DNA of 62,594 nt, filler included, from Collodictyon triciliatum (taxonomy: Eukaryota), in the NCBI GenBank assembly GCA_043381765.1. It is 2 parts of 2 records of this genome, joined end to end, with 100 filler letters (N's around TTAATTAATTAA, not from the genome) between each part and the next. Parts side by side here need not be neighbours in the genome. Positions count along the whole stretch, not along the records: positions 1 to 31,068 come from JBHJMP010000928.1; 1 more part is not named here. One strand, written 5' to 3'. The first letter of the stretch is position 1; each line of letters opens with the position of its first letter. Under the pieces are notes generated by a model. It was not told the origin of the DNA. It ran no database searches and worked only from the letters and a program-made list of their open reading frames with translations. Shown one piece after another: positions 1-12,200 of this stretch. Position numbers and translations under genes: made by a program.

Positions 1-142
1 TTCAAACCCAAAAAAAAGTACAAACTGCGGCCCAAAAAACCAAAACGAAAAAAAAAAAAAAAAAAACAAAAAAAAAAAAGACGGCTTAGTACATACCGAA
101 TGAATGTGATTTCATATTATCTAAGCTACAAAAAATATTGTC

Positions 143-2634
143 TTATACTAACAGCTTCGGGGAAATGGAGGACTCAGCCTGTTGTTGCGGCTGACTCTCG
201 GTAGGCTCGGGCACCAGAAGAGATTTGGATATCTGCCGCGACATTGTGTTGCGCTCTTCAGCCTCAGCGTGGCTGGGGAGGATTTCCAATGGCTCAGGGC
301 TCTCTTTTGGTATGATTAATGCTGTTGGGATATGTTTTTCTCGGACTTGATTCTCTGAGGGGTTGGACACCAGCGACTCCTTTTTTTTCTCGTATTCCTG
401 AACTCTTGAGTGCCCATTTATTTGTGCATTTCGTATGATGGGGACCTCTTCATGCTCTTTTTTTTCTCGGGTTGGTTCGGTACTGTGAAAATGCGGCCTC
501 GAGGCTTGCGTGCTTTTTTCTCTGCCACCAAATGTGTCCCGAACATCAAGAAAGCTCGCGTCTGTCAAGGACAATGGTTTTGCGTCCACTTTTTGAGGGA
601 ACATTTCTTTCGTCTGTTGAAATTCATGGGGATCTTCCAATATTTCTGTGTTGGTTGATGGAGGAGATCTGACGGTTTCCCGTGGACAGGCGGTTGTAGT
701 TCTATACAGAAGCGACTCTGTTTTCTGTTCTTTGAATGTTGGTGGAGCAGGAGGAGGATAAGATGGCGGGGTGGATCGATTCACGGGAACGGGTGGCTCT
801 GCTTTATCAGGAGAGTTCATCCTCGGTTTCTCCTTTCGCTGTGATGATACATGCTGCTTCTCTGTAGTCCGTATCAAAGATGTTGGAGAGGCACTGGACG
901 CTTTGCCGAATCGCAGGGGCGGCTGCTGAATCTTTGATGCGACAGTGGACCTCGGGGTAGTTGGAGACATGCTTTTTGCCGGGATAGCTTTCCTTGGAGG
1001 TGAAGGCTTCGATTGAACCTGCCTGTTTCCTGACAAAAGACGCGGAGATGTGGGTGTAGAGCGCGAGGAAAGTGCCTGGGGCACAGGTGACTTTGACTGT
1101 CTGAGAGGTTCTGGTCGAGATGGCTGGACAGGGGGTTTCGAGGAGACTCGAGAAACCGGCTTTGGAGGAGATGTTGAACTTTGGGTTTCCTTGAAAGAAT
1201 GATAGAGTGTTGGTGATGAGTGCCTGCTTGAAACATTCTGTAGAAAATCAGTCTGATTGGACGGCTCGATTCTTTTGGGAGGCGAAATGTGCAGTGATTG
1301 AGGCAATCTGGGCACGGGGTCTGGCAGGAGAGAAAAGCAATTTGCGTGGCCGTATATGCGCGCATAATCCCTGGGTAAGTGGCCACGTTGCTCAGCTATC
1401 CAAGGATTGGCTCTCCAGGAAAGAAGCAGCTGGACCAATTGCAAATGCCCTTTCCTGCACGCCAGATGCAAGGCCGTCTCCTTGGCGTTATTCTGGGCGT
1501 CGATGCTGCACCTGTGGTTCAACAGTAAAAGAGCCATGGTTGGAGACTGGATCTCCACAGCAAGATGCAAAACCGTGTTGCCTTCGCCATCGCGGCAATA
1601 CGTGGCTGCCTGATACTGCAGTAGGAGTTGTGCCACTAGAATATTGTTTTTTGCCACTGCGAGGTGCAGCGGTGTGAAGTTGAAATCATCACGAAGATTG
1701 ACACGAGCGCCAGCACACACAAGCATCTGCACAAGGTCGATGTGTCCCTGTTGGCAGGCGTAGTGGAGCGGCTTCATCCCTTGGAATCCAGCATGATTAA
1801 CGTCTGCGTGCGACTCCAAGAGCAGCTGCGCAACAGCTGGGAAGCCTAGATAGGATGCCTTTGTGGAATATGCGACGCCATTCGGCATAAAGGCAAATGC
1901 GTAAGTCATGTGATTGTATTGATATACAGATAATTCTGCAGTTCTATTCACATTCCGAGAAGGCTCTTTCGAAACAGCATTAAGATAAAGACAAGGAGGC
2001 GCATGTACAATCAATAATGACAGATTATCGGGGATAGGTTTCTTCTAGTTTCAATCTATTTTTTCTTTCTTTGTTTCTTCGTTTCTTTGTTTCTTTGTTT
2101 CTTTGTTTCTTTTTTTCTTTCTTTCTTTCTTTTTTCTCTTTCTTTCTTTCTTGTTTAGCTACTGGGCGGTTCGAAAGGCGTAAATGGGAAGCCAGACGCA
2201 AAGCGCGACTTACAAAGTGGAGAGGCGTGTCATTCTGTGCGTTTGTCACGTTGGGCTTTGCACCGGCCGAAAGCAGGCCCGCAACAATCTCTGGCGAGTT
2301 TGAAAGGACGGCGCAGTGGAGGGTCGAGTCTCCGTTGGAGTCTAGCATGTTTGGGTAGTTTCTCTGCGAAAGGAAGGAGACAGCCTCGTATGGCCGGCCT
2401 TCTTTCAAGGACAAGTGGACACTGCGTTTTGCAAGCGTTATAAACAAGGCGCGTGTGTTTAAGAAAGACGAAAGCAAGGATAGCACTGTTGCTTTCTTTC
2501 TTTCTTTCTTTTTGGGTTTGCTTGTGCTTTGCGATTTGCGCGGGAATGAGAGGCGAGTGCGGAGTACAGGAGCTTGTCGACTGCGAAAGGACTTACTTGT
2601 CGATCAGGGTTGCGCTATAGTCGAAGTGGAGCAT
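143..2634 (-). CDS. Ankyrin-repeat protein with a long Pro/Ser-rich low-complexity C-terminus (at least 3 exons; 3' end uncertain)
   Basis: Exon 1 2634-2597 (MLHFDYSATLID, donor GTAAGT). Exon 2 ~2422-2213 (GDSTLHCAV...NDTPLHF, donor GTAAGT). Exon 3 from ~1858 (ASYLGFPAVAQLLL...KPLHYAC...FTPLHLAV...NTVLHLAV...ETALHLAC). About 7 ankyrin repeats, then a P/S-rich tail. The stop at 143 may be bypassed by further splicing. Confidence 0.85.
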
Positions 2635-2966
2635 GCTGAGCGGCGCTTTTCTTTTCTTTCTTGTGCGGCTGTCGTGTTCTCTGCTTTTGTTTTTTCCCCT
2701 TTATCCTTCAAACCTGTCTTCTTATCTTCCAACGGTCGGTTTTTGTTTTGTTTTCCTCTTAAACGGACATCTTCAAAGGCTACTGCGTTGTTCAAACAAT
2801 ATCTCTTTGTCATTTAACTCGCTGTGTTTGGATGTCATCGGTTGTGGACTTGTTTGTGATATCGAGATACGTGAAGGGCGACGGTGCACACATCATCCAC
2901 GGTTTGCTTTTTTTATTTTTATTTTTGTAGTTGTTCTTTTAACAGGTGTGCGTGTCAGAATTGAGT

Positions 2967-5326
2967 TCAGTCGAGGCAGGCGGCAAAGGACTCCTGAATC
3001 TCCTTGCGGTCGAGGTTTCGGCCGATGAATATCATCCGGTTTGTCTTCTCCATGTCGCCCCACTTGCGGCCTGGCTTCGAGTCAAAGAGCATGTGCACTC
3101 CCTAATGGCCAACAAGAGAAGGGAGAAGAAAATGAAACAATAGTGTCATCAAGCAATGTCCCAGCCATAGTTTGTTCAGCAGGTTTCTTATCTGTGTAAC
3201 ATTGAGATAACGAAGCAGTGTGCTGGTCTCTGTGGTGGATAGTAAATATTGTTGTGGGATTGCAACACTCGCCTGGAAGACAGTCATGTGGTCGTTGCCT
3301 TTGATGTTCAAGACGCCCTTCATGCGGAAGATGTCCTTTAATGTACGTATGACGTTTAGAGCCGGCCTTTCATTTTACTGCGGTGACCAAAGAACGATGT
3401 TGAAGAGTGAGTGAGTGAGTGAGTGTCTCCAGTGCTCACATTTCCTTTGGTCATCAGGATGGACCGAATCCACTTGTCTAGCTTTGTCTGGTCAACTGCG
3501 CCGGGCATGTGAACACCGACTGATGTGACAGAAAGGTCATGCTGGAAGCAGAAGAAGGCAAACAGTTATTATTTATGGGCATTTTTCATCGCCTCTTTCT
3601 TTTTCTTTCCTGTGAGCGATGGTTATGTTGGCGGTAGAAGTGATGAGAGATGTCTTGGGTGTCGATGGAACAGCATACTTGATGGTCTCCTTCCTCGAGG
3701 AATTGCGGGTCCATCTCGATGATTCTGGACAACTTGAAGGCACCAACCTCAAAGATGGCACTCAGGTCGATCTGTGCACATAATAATAAACCGGTGTGAA
3801 TATGAGAAACCGCATCCTGATTGAAGTGCAAGAGCGATAATTGAAATGCTCATAGCCGATTATGATGACTTCAGTCGTGGGAGACACTGACGCTTTTACT
3901 TTCCTTTCATATATATGATTACATGGGAAATGCCGGGTCTGATAGTGCCTATCGCATACACTTTACCTTGCAATAGGATGTGGTGAAGATGCTTGCTGCA
4001 GCGTTGATGATTCGGACGCGTGTCTTGATCGATTCTAGCTATGATGGTGAGTCACGTGTGAGTCTCATAGCTGCAGCTTATGGCATTAACGAGTTACGCT
4101 CAACTGTATCTAACCTCGGCTTCGGTGACCAAGTCCAGCTTATTGAGAAGAACTCTGTCTGCAAAAGCAATTTGTTCCAAGGCCTCATTCTCAACGCCCT
4201 GTTGTTTCTTTATGATAAGCAAAAGCACAGCTTCCACATATACATGAACGATACGCAAAACCCCAGCGATTCAGCCTCAACTCACCTCTTCCTTCTTCTC
4301 GTCCAGATGAAGCAGCAGGTGTTTGCAATCAACCACGGTGACGATAGCATCCAAATGGTACTGACTGTAAAGATAATTGGAGGGAAAATGAGCACAAGGT
4401 AGGAACACAACACAATACAACACAACACAACATAAAAAAGATATGTATTTGTATGTATATCTCTTCGAGCCTTGTTCAAAGCTGCTGAGATGGATAGATG
4501 ATATCTGTAATATATGTGCGTGCATATTTAGTAGGCCATACGAGCGAATCTCCGGGTCCATAAAGAACGTCTGCGCAACGGGGCCGGGGTCAGCAAGTCC
4601 CGTGGTTTCAATGAGGACATAGTCGAAGCGGTCGCGTCTTTTGGCCAGCGTCCCAAGTATGCGAATCAAGTCCCCGCGAACTGTGCAACAGATGCATCCG
4701 TTGTTCATTTCAAAGACCTGCAGAGTTATCAAAGTGTGATTCATCAGTCGGGATTTATCGTAAGGCTGAGTCGGGACAGACTCCCTTTCATAGTGATAGT
4801 GCTTCATTTATCCTTTTATCTTCATATTGCCTATCAGTGCTTGGAGATTCAAAGATACCTCCTCTTCGGCTGTGATAACCAGAGCATCGTCCACACCGAC
4901 CTAGAGATATATATATATATATATGAGGAAACTCGTTATTCAGGGCAAGTCGGGCATAGATTCTGTTCCTGAGTATCTTTGTGATTTCTCTGAATGAAAC
5001 CGTATGCATCAAGCAGATACGCTTATGCCTCGAGTCCCTACCTCACCAAACTCATTTTCTATGACAGCAATTTTCTTGCCATGCTTCTCGTGCAGAATGT
5101 AGTTCAAAAGCGTTGTCTTTCCAGCTCCAAGAAAGCCTGACAAGAGATTATGCTTAGAACACAAGATGAAGTCCATAGTGAAGAAGAAAGGCGTGTGCAG
5201 CGAACGATAAACAGATTCAAAGCAGCGGCGAACAAGCAGTCGTCTTTTTTCTTCATCCCTCCAGCGAGTCTTACCTGTGAGCACAGTGACAGGAATGCTG
5301 AAGCGGGCCGGTCCGGATTCTTCCAT
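2967..5326 (-). CDS. COG0523/CobW family (G3E P-loop GTPase) putative zinc/metal chaperone, 11 exons
   Basis: Spliced translation gives [18 protein letters not shown] (Walker A), [29 protein letters not shown] (CxCC metal motif), [14 protein letters not shown] (Walker B), LLNKLD (G4), and the CobW_C motifs [17 protein letters not shown] and MIFIGRNLD. Stop TGA at 2967-2969. Confidence 0.95.
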
Positions 5327-6093
5327 TGGAAACTTACAAAGCGCGGGATATCACTAATGCGCCAGATTGTACGAACGATGTTACTATGCTATGCCGCCTG
5401 CCTCACAAGCTGACTGGACGAATGACAGGTTTAACTGCATGCGAGTCCTCGCTGTGTTCCGACTTGCCGGACAGGCGAAGGTCTTGTGTGATTCATCACG
5501 TATCTGTGCTGCTTCTCGAGTCCAAGATATCATTTGCATGCAGTGTTCTGCACCTGAAGCATTATTCTTGCGCAGTGCAAGCTAGGATTTCGCCAGATAT
5601 GAGGCTGACTGAAAAGACTTTATACATCCCCACATGCACCTGGGTTGGAAGAGACTCCCGTGCGAATCGCAAGTGTGGGCAACTTCCCGAGCCTCTTGTG
5701 TCCGAGCCAAGCGGTATCGTCTTCTTCCCTCCGGAACATGCGAATTCCTTCTGCCCAGGGTGGGAAGCCACATGCAGCAGAAAGAAGGAACGCACAGGGA
5801 ATAGCAAAGACATCCGATATATAAAACAACGCACGCACTGGCTTCATCATCTTCCATCATATTAATAATAATCAGATTCTTTTGTTGGTAACCGATAATC
5901 CACTCATTCCTGCACAAGGCAGCTCCGTGTGTCTGTCACCAGCAACATACACGTTCAGTGTGATGCGGCGGCCTCCGCCAAAGACACAAAGCGAAGCTGT
6001 TGACTGTCGTTTTGCGCTATACTTGCTGTCTCATATGTATAATATGTGTATGCTTTCTAGTAAGCCGCCTGACGAAAGGAGACATCCCCAGAC
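5327..6093. promoter_or_regulatory. Putative bidirectional promoter/5' UTR region between the CobW and WD40 genes
   Basis: 767 bp lie between the divergent start codons at 5326 (-) and 6094 (+). No convincing coding sequence was seen. The function is inferred from geometry only. Confidence 0.55.
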
Positions 6094-6305
6094 ATGAAGA
6101 AAGCCGCTGCTTCGAAAGCGCCGAAGAGCCCGCCAGTTGAAGACGGCGAACAAGACAAGAGCCAGACATACGATGCCTCCAAAGTGCAGAGACAATGGAA
6201 GACGCAACTGCAGGACTCCATCGGGTTTCTCCACGCCAACCCAGTTTGCAACACGCTTACAATTCAACGCCTTTCTCTCACTCCCGCCTTTGTCTTTCTC
6301 ATTTT

Positions 6306-6346
<41 letters not shown>

Positions 6347-6879
6347 TTTCCCTCTCTTTTGCCAAGCGCCATGGCGAGTCTGTCAGCGCAACATTATTGT
6401 ATCTGCCTGGCCAATATGCTCCGTGGCTTTCAGGTTCATCCGGTCTTTCTGTCGGGTGACTCGTCTGGTGCGGTGACGCTGAGCTCGACGGCTTCAGGAA
6501 AGCGCATCTGGACAGACCCAAAGGCCCACAACTTTGGAGTCCACTTTGTGAATTGGGTGACGCCAGACTCGTTTGTTTCTTTCGGCTTGGATGCAAAGAT
6601 AAAAGTCTGGACTTACAACGTGGGTATCTGATGTACTTTCTTGTGCTGCTCTCTTTTCCTTCTTTCTCTGCGGAGACGTCAATAAGCACTCTTTAATGAG
6701 TCTTCCTCTCCTCTCCTTTTTGTGTTTTTTGGTTTGCCCTTCTCCTTCTGCATTTTTTCGAATCGCGAGTTGTCTTATTCATTACCCTCGTATTTTTACT
6801 TTTCTACTTCTTTATTCAGCATAATTACGAGGCTGCGGCTGCATCAGGTAAAAGACTGTTACCAGCAAATGCATCCGCT

Positions 6880-6922
<43 letters not shown>

Positions 6923-8764
6923 TCACAAACGAGTCCGTGCAAGTCAGTTACTTGAGCCTCAAACAGAAGCCTTTTTTTTTCCGGCAAAAAATGAAAAAAA
7001 TATATATAGACCGCTCTGAAGCCTGTGCGTTTGTCAAGAGTCCATCAGTAAAAGCCAGCTGGATTCTGGCAACCATCGTGTCACTTCCCGACAAGGTGAA
7101 AGAGACCTGGAACGTTCATTATGCAGTCGGAGTCGACAAGAAGATTGTCCTTTTCAACAAGGATTTTGAGGTTGTCAAGGAATCCCCGGCACTGCCGAGC
7201 ACAATCACAGGCACGTTCAGATAATTCCAGCTTGCCGTATACATCTACCTTTCATTTCAAGCGTTGAACAAGACATGCGAAATCGTGACACGAAGGCGGT
7301 TCAAGATTTATTGAATCACGACTTTATACCTTTTTTTTTCTTCTTTCTCGTCTTTCCCGTTTTCTTTGGTCTGCGCCCACAACTGCTTCAATGAAGGCCT
7401 TGTTTACAGCGACCCGCTGGTCTCATTGCTAGCCACAGCATATGGAAAGATAACGATGTTTACCTTTACTGAACTCTTCCTGGACGACCCAAGAGCATCT
7501 CTGATAAGGCAAAAGGAAAAAGAAATGCTCGTCATGAAAGGTGGGTGGTTATATGTAGTTAAAAAAAATGGGTTCGCTTGTGTTACAATTGAAAAGGGTT
7601 TCTCATTCATCAACACCATGCTTATCATATATAGGTTCTTTCATATCGCTCGGTCAAATGCCATCCTACCAGGTAGTTCTGGGAGGGATGCAGGACGACA
7701 TGGTCTTGGTCTTTGACTTGAAGAATGACAAGCAATACACCCTGAGCGGCTATCAAGGAAAGGTACTTCAAGTTTTTCTTTTTTGTTGATGTTGAAATCT
7801 ATCCATCGAAAATCGCTGTGTGCACATATCAAAGACGATGATGTAGAAGCCACAATAGCCTATTGGTGCCCCATCTCATTTCATGTCCGTGATACATTCC
7901 AGGTGGTCTCCATATCGGTGAGCAAGGACGAGGTCTTCATGGCTAGCGCGGGCGGACCTATTACGACTGTCTGGAGGCTTATTGATCTGATTGGAGGCAA
8001 AACACGCTCGCCAACGCAATATACACTCAGTGGTCACAGACATCTAATCGAAAAGGTTTGTTAGTCTCTTACATCATCGATTTATCATTTATGCAGCCCG
8101 CATAAGAAAAGAAAAAGGTTAGCGCTGAGAGTAACTTGTCCGAATGACGCCAGGGTTATGCATACCAAGAGTGCGAAATCCTGTGATGGTCTTTCGTATT
8201 GACAAAGTATTGCAATGATAATCAAACACGAAATATGCACGCAGGTCGAGTTCAACCCACACAAGAATGTTCTCTTATCGTATGGAAAGGACAGCATCGT
8301 GCTCTTCTGGAACTTTGTCGGCCGAGAGACAAACCCAAAGCCCGACTATGAACTTGACCCCGACTCCATTTACATGAGACCAGTACGTACACTCAAATGA
8401 TATGCACGCGTATGCTGAAGAGAACTATGAAAATAAGAATTATTGCAAACGGAAACAATAATCTCAGCCTTTCTCTTCTTGTTTCGGTGCCTTATACCAA
8501 TTAAAAACCTTCCAATCCCCTGCTTCAAATGATTCGCCCTCCTTTTCCTATATTCCGCACTCACGCTGCCATTTGCATCCATGATGATTGAATCAAAGCG
8601 CACTCACACAAAGGGCTTAATCACACGCGCAGGAAAAGGAAACGTTTGGCAAAAACACAAGCACCGGCATCGTGGGCGTGACAAGCTCCTGCTGGGCTGG
8701 TCCGGACGTGGCCATCATCGGCTATGAAGACGGACACATTGCCTGCCTCAAAGTGGATGTCTAG
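6094..8764 (+). CDS. WD40-repeat beta-propeller protein resembling the bacterial COG0523-associated WD40 family, 8 exons
   Basis: Approximate exons: 6094-6243, 6434-6623, 7010-7210, 7397-7540, 7635-7762, 7903-8056, 8244-8383, 8633-8764. WD motifs: FVSFGLDAKIKVW, LSGHRHLIEKVEFNP...LLSYGKDSIVLFW, IIGYEDGHIACL. Family-like motifs: PSTITGL, LLATAYGKI, MKGSFISL, GGMQD, LSGYQGKVVSIS, MASAGGPITTVW. Confidence 0.88.
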
Positions 8765-9268
8765 GAACGCCGTCCTCGACTGCAGACGCTCTTTTCTCGC
8801 GCATTCCATAAAGTCCGACTTCCTGCTCCCAAACCGGCCGAAGCACGTCATCTACGGCTGCTGTTTTGTGGGGTGGTTTGACAGCTGGACAAGTTCCCTT
8901 TCCCGCGCGAGCAGCATGAAAATACATCGACAAATAAACACCCGAACCATGACATTCTGACAGGATTAATGAAAATGCGTCATGCAAGCAAACGCGCGTT
9001 CTTTCTTTCTACACCCGCAAATGCGCTATCGAAAAGAAAAAAAAAGAAAAAGAGAAGGGAATTGCAAACCAACCGCACAAGCGAGACAAACTAACAACCC
9101 GAACACATGACTCCGAAACAAAACAGCACTCGTCCATAAGAGAAACCTTTTTCCTTTTTTTTTTTTTTTCCTTTCTTTTTTTTGTTGTATCTTATTTTTC
9201 TGATATGATATCTTTGTGTAAAAATAACCAAAACCAAAACCAAAGTCGACAAAAAGGAGGCTGCCTTC

Positions 9269-12200
9269 ATGGGCGATCAAGACGCAAGCGGAGGCCATGC
9301 GCGCACACGCCACGGGCTTCTGAGTCTGCCTCCGCTTTTCCGCTCCCGATCACAAAGCGTCTCTGCGTCTTCTGCAGCAAATCCTGCCAACGCCGCATTG
9401 CCACCTCCGCTTGTCATACCAACTCGCGTCATCCCTGCAAAGCTGAGTATCGGAGATGACTCTGTTCTAGCTGAGGATGCATCCACGGTGTCTTCAACAC
9501 TGGGCACAATGTCTGCCCTTTCTGTTCCTGCTGCCTCTTCTCCCCGGCCTCGAAGCATCACGCAACCTTCTGCTGTTGCCGCTTCAGCGCACTCAGCCGC
9601 AAACTTCATCTCCGTGCCTAGTCCATCGCAGTCGATGGATGATTTGGAGACAGACGCTCTTTGGCGTGATGCAGCTGTTTTGTTTGACTCGGAAGCTCCG
9701 GTTCGCATGGTGCAAGACATTGAGTGGTCCAGGCCGATGCCAAAGCCTGTGCTTGCTGGAGAACTTACAGTGGCTGCATTTAGGCTTCGGGCTGCTGTGC
9801 CTTCTCCTCCTCGCTTTGTAATAATGTTTGTTGAACGAAAGTCCATGTCCTCATTTTAGAAGCGCTTATTCACGTTCACTCATTCATTTCTTTTTTTTCT
9901 TTTTTCTTTTTTCTTTTCTTTTGGTTTGTTTTCCCCTTGGTTTCATAGTTTCCCTTGCAATTTTTATTGCTTATATGAATTCAGTTTAATTACCTCTATA
10001 ATTCAAAAACCCCCAGTACTTTATCTTCCTTTTTGATTCTAAAATATTGTAATTTGTTTCGGTTATTACTCAATAATTCCGGTTTCTTCATTCGTTTTAT
10101 TCAGATCCGAAAAGAAGTATGTCGAGATGAAGGGGTTATGTCAGACGAGCGAGTCGGCAGAATACACATTTTCGTTTCTGATTAAAAGGCAATTATAGCT
10201 GATAATTTCATCAACAGAAAATTTATTCCTATATTCTGTATCCAGTTATTTTGTATCCGTGTGATTAAGTGCCTTGGTCGGTCTTGATTCCTTTCCATTA
10301 CTTTCCTTTTTTTTTAAAAAAAAATAAAATAATAATCTCAGAGCCTCGGAATATTACATTTACATCTCCCCAACGAAGGGTTCGTGGACGAAGCCTTTTT
10401 CCTTCCACGTCACAGCTGCTGAAACCGTATGCAAAAAGTCAATTCAAAAATTTTTTTATCGATGTATTAGTTTTCTTTCTTTCTTTTTTCAGATAAAAAT
10501 GCATTTATCTGTATTTTTTTTCCAAATTTTAAACCATAAACAAATAATTTCATAATGCCCGATAGTCCCACCGAGCGTGTCGCGTGGATGGGTGGGGCCT
10601 GATGGATTCCGTGGTTGGATACCCAACTTTCTTTACGATAAGAGCAATGTAAGTACAAAAATACTACTTCAATCATTTGGGGCATTTCAGATTCCAAAGT
10701 GTAAAGCGAATTGCGTAGGGACGTATATGGAAATAAAAAACTTCATGGAGGTGACGATTGTTTGGTTCATATATCTCACGAGATTTCTCACGATTCCCCC
10801 AAGGTAAATGCACTTCTCATTAGAATTGTTCATCGATATTTTTACGCTCTGCTTTGTGTTGCAATAGATATGAAAAATATGGTCTTATTAATCGATGTGC
10901 ACAACAGGCCATCACAAAAGTGAAAGTTATTGACCACAACAACGGGTTATATACCTGCAGCTTCACCCCAACGAAAGTCAGCATTTTTCTTTCTCTTTTT
11001 TTTCCCCCCTACATACCCATCATTACAGATCCATATCTTTGGGTAATATATACATATATCTTTTCACAATCAGGCTGGCCCACACAAGATATATATTACT
11101 GTTGAACAGCGCCAATGCCAAGGCAGCCCCTTCTCTGTTGACTTCATTCAGGGTACTTTGCCAGGATACATACGGAGAAAATAAGAGAAGCTGCGACCTT
11201 TATAATTTTTTTTATTTCCCTTACATTTATGACCGATGCGATTCAGGAATATATTCAGTTTTCTAATCACAATTTTTGCCGACACTGCTTGATTGAACTG
11301 CATCATCGGGACAAAAAAGAGAATGTCATGACTGATATTATTCGACAAGGAATGGTGAAGTTCGGTGCCAGCCATTATATTAGTGTTACAAAGATTCTGG
11401 ATGTACAGTTCCGCATATCCAGAGACAGTATCATCATCAAGCAGTACATCAAGAAGATGTACAAAACAAAGAAGGACCTCTACAAAATCGATGTGCGGCC
11501 AGCTTTGATTATCAAGAGAATTGAGACCCCAGTGCTGGCTCCGAGAACTGGATTCGTCATCATAGATGAAAAAGAAGAGTACCAGTTCTCGAGTCAAAGT
11601 GCGAGGGAAATAATCGCTTGCATAGGTGAGAATACTTTTTCCTTTTTTTTTTTTTTACCTTCTTTTATATATATTGCAAATTGGCCAGGAGGTTCAAGAC
11701 AATCCATTATTATTTTTCCTATTCTTTTGTTATTTTTCGTATCTTTCCCTCTTGTTTTGCAGGTGCTGTAATGGGCGATAAGATGAAGGCTTTATGTCCT
11801 CTCAACTGCACTTTAGAGGAAAGGCCAAAATTTAATTTGAAATCTGGTATTGCTGAAGTATATGTGATACAAGCGCGAGGTAATTATCACTTACGTGTTT
11901 TTATCTTGCGTCATGGATTAACGTCGTGTCATATGGAAAACCAGACTATTTTGGGGCTCCACTGAAGCAAGGTGGAGAAAAATCAATTCAAGTAAAATTG
12001 GTCGGAACCGATTCGATAACGGGAAAGATTACGGACACAAATGATGGCATGTCTTTGGATTGTGCATCAAATTAAAACTATCGGATCATATTCAAACACA
12101 TACATTTTACCATCACACAAAATATGATTCTGTTATCAAACATCCAATTATTTCGAATATATTTCGATTGTCTATATTTTTTTCTACCTTGGAACATCAA

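Noticed and set aside
1-80. Telomere-like sequence at the window edges (also 62410-62594)
   Set aside because: A-rich or T-rich low complexity without a regular telomeric unit. More likely contig-end microsatellites.
5326-5865. 179-aa + strand ORF in the CobW-WD40 spacer
   Set aside because: It starts at a non-ATG codon, has no recognisable motif and no splice support. Likely spurious.
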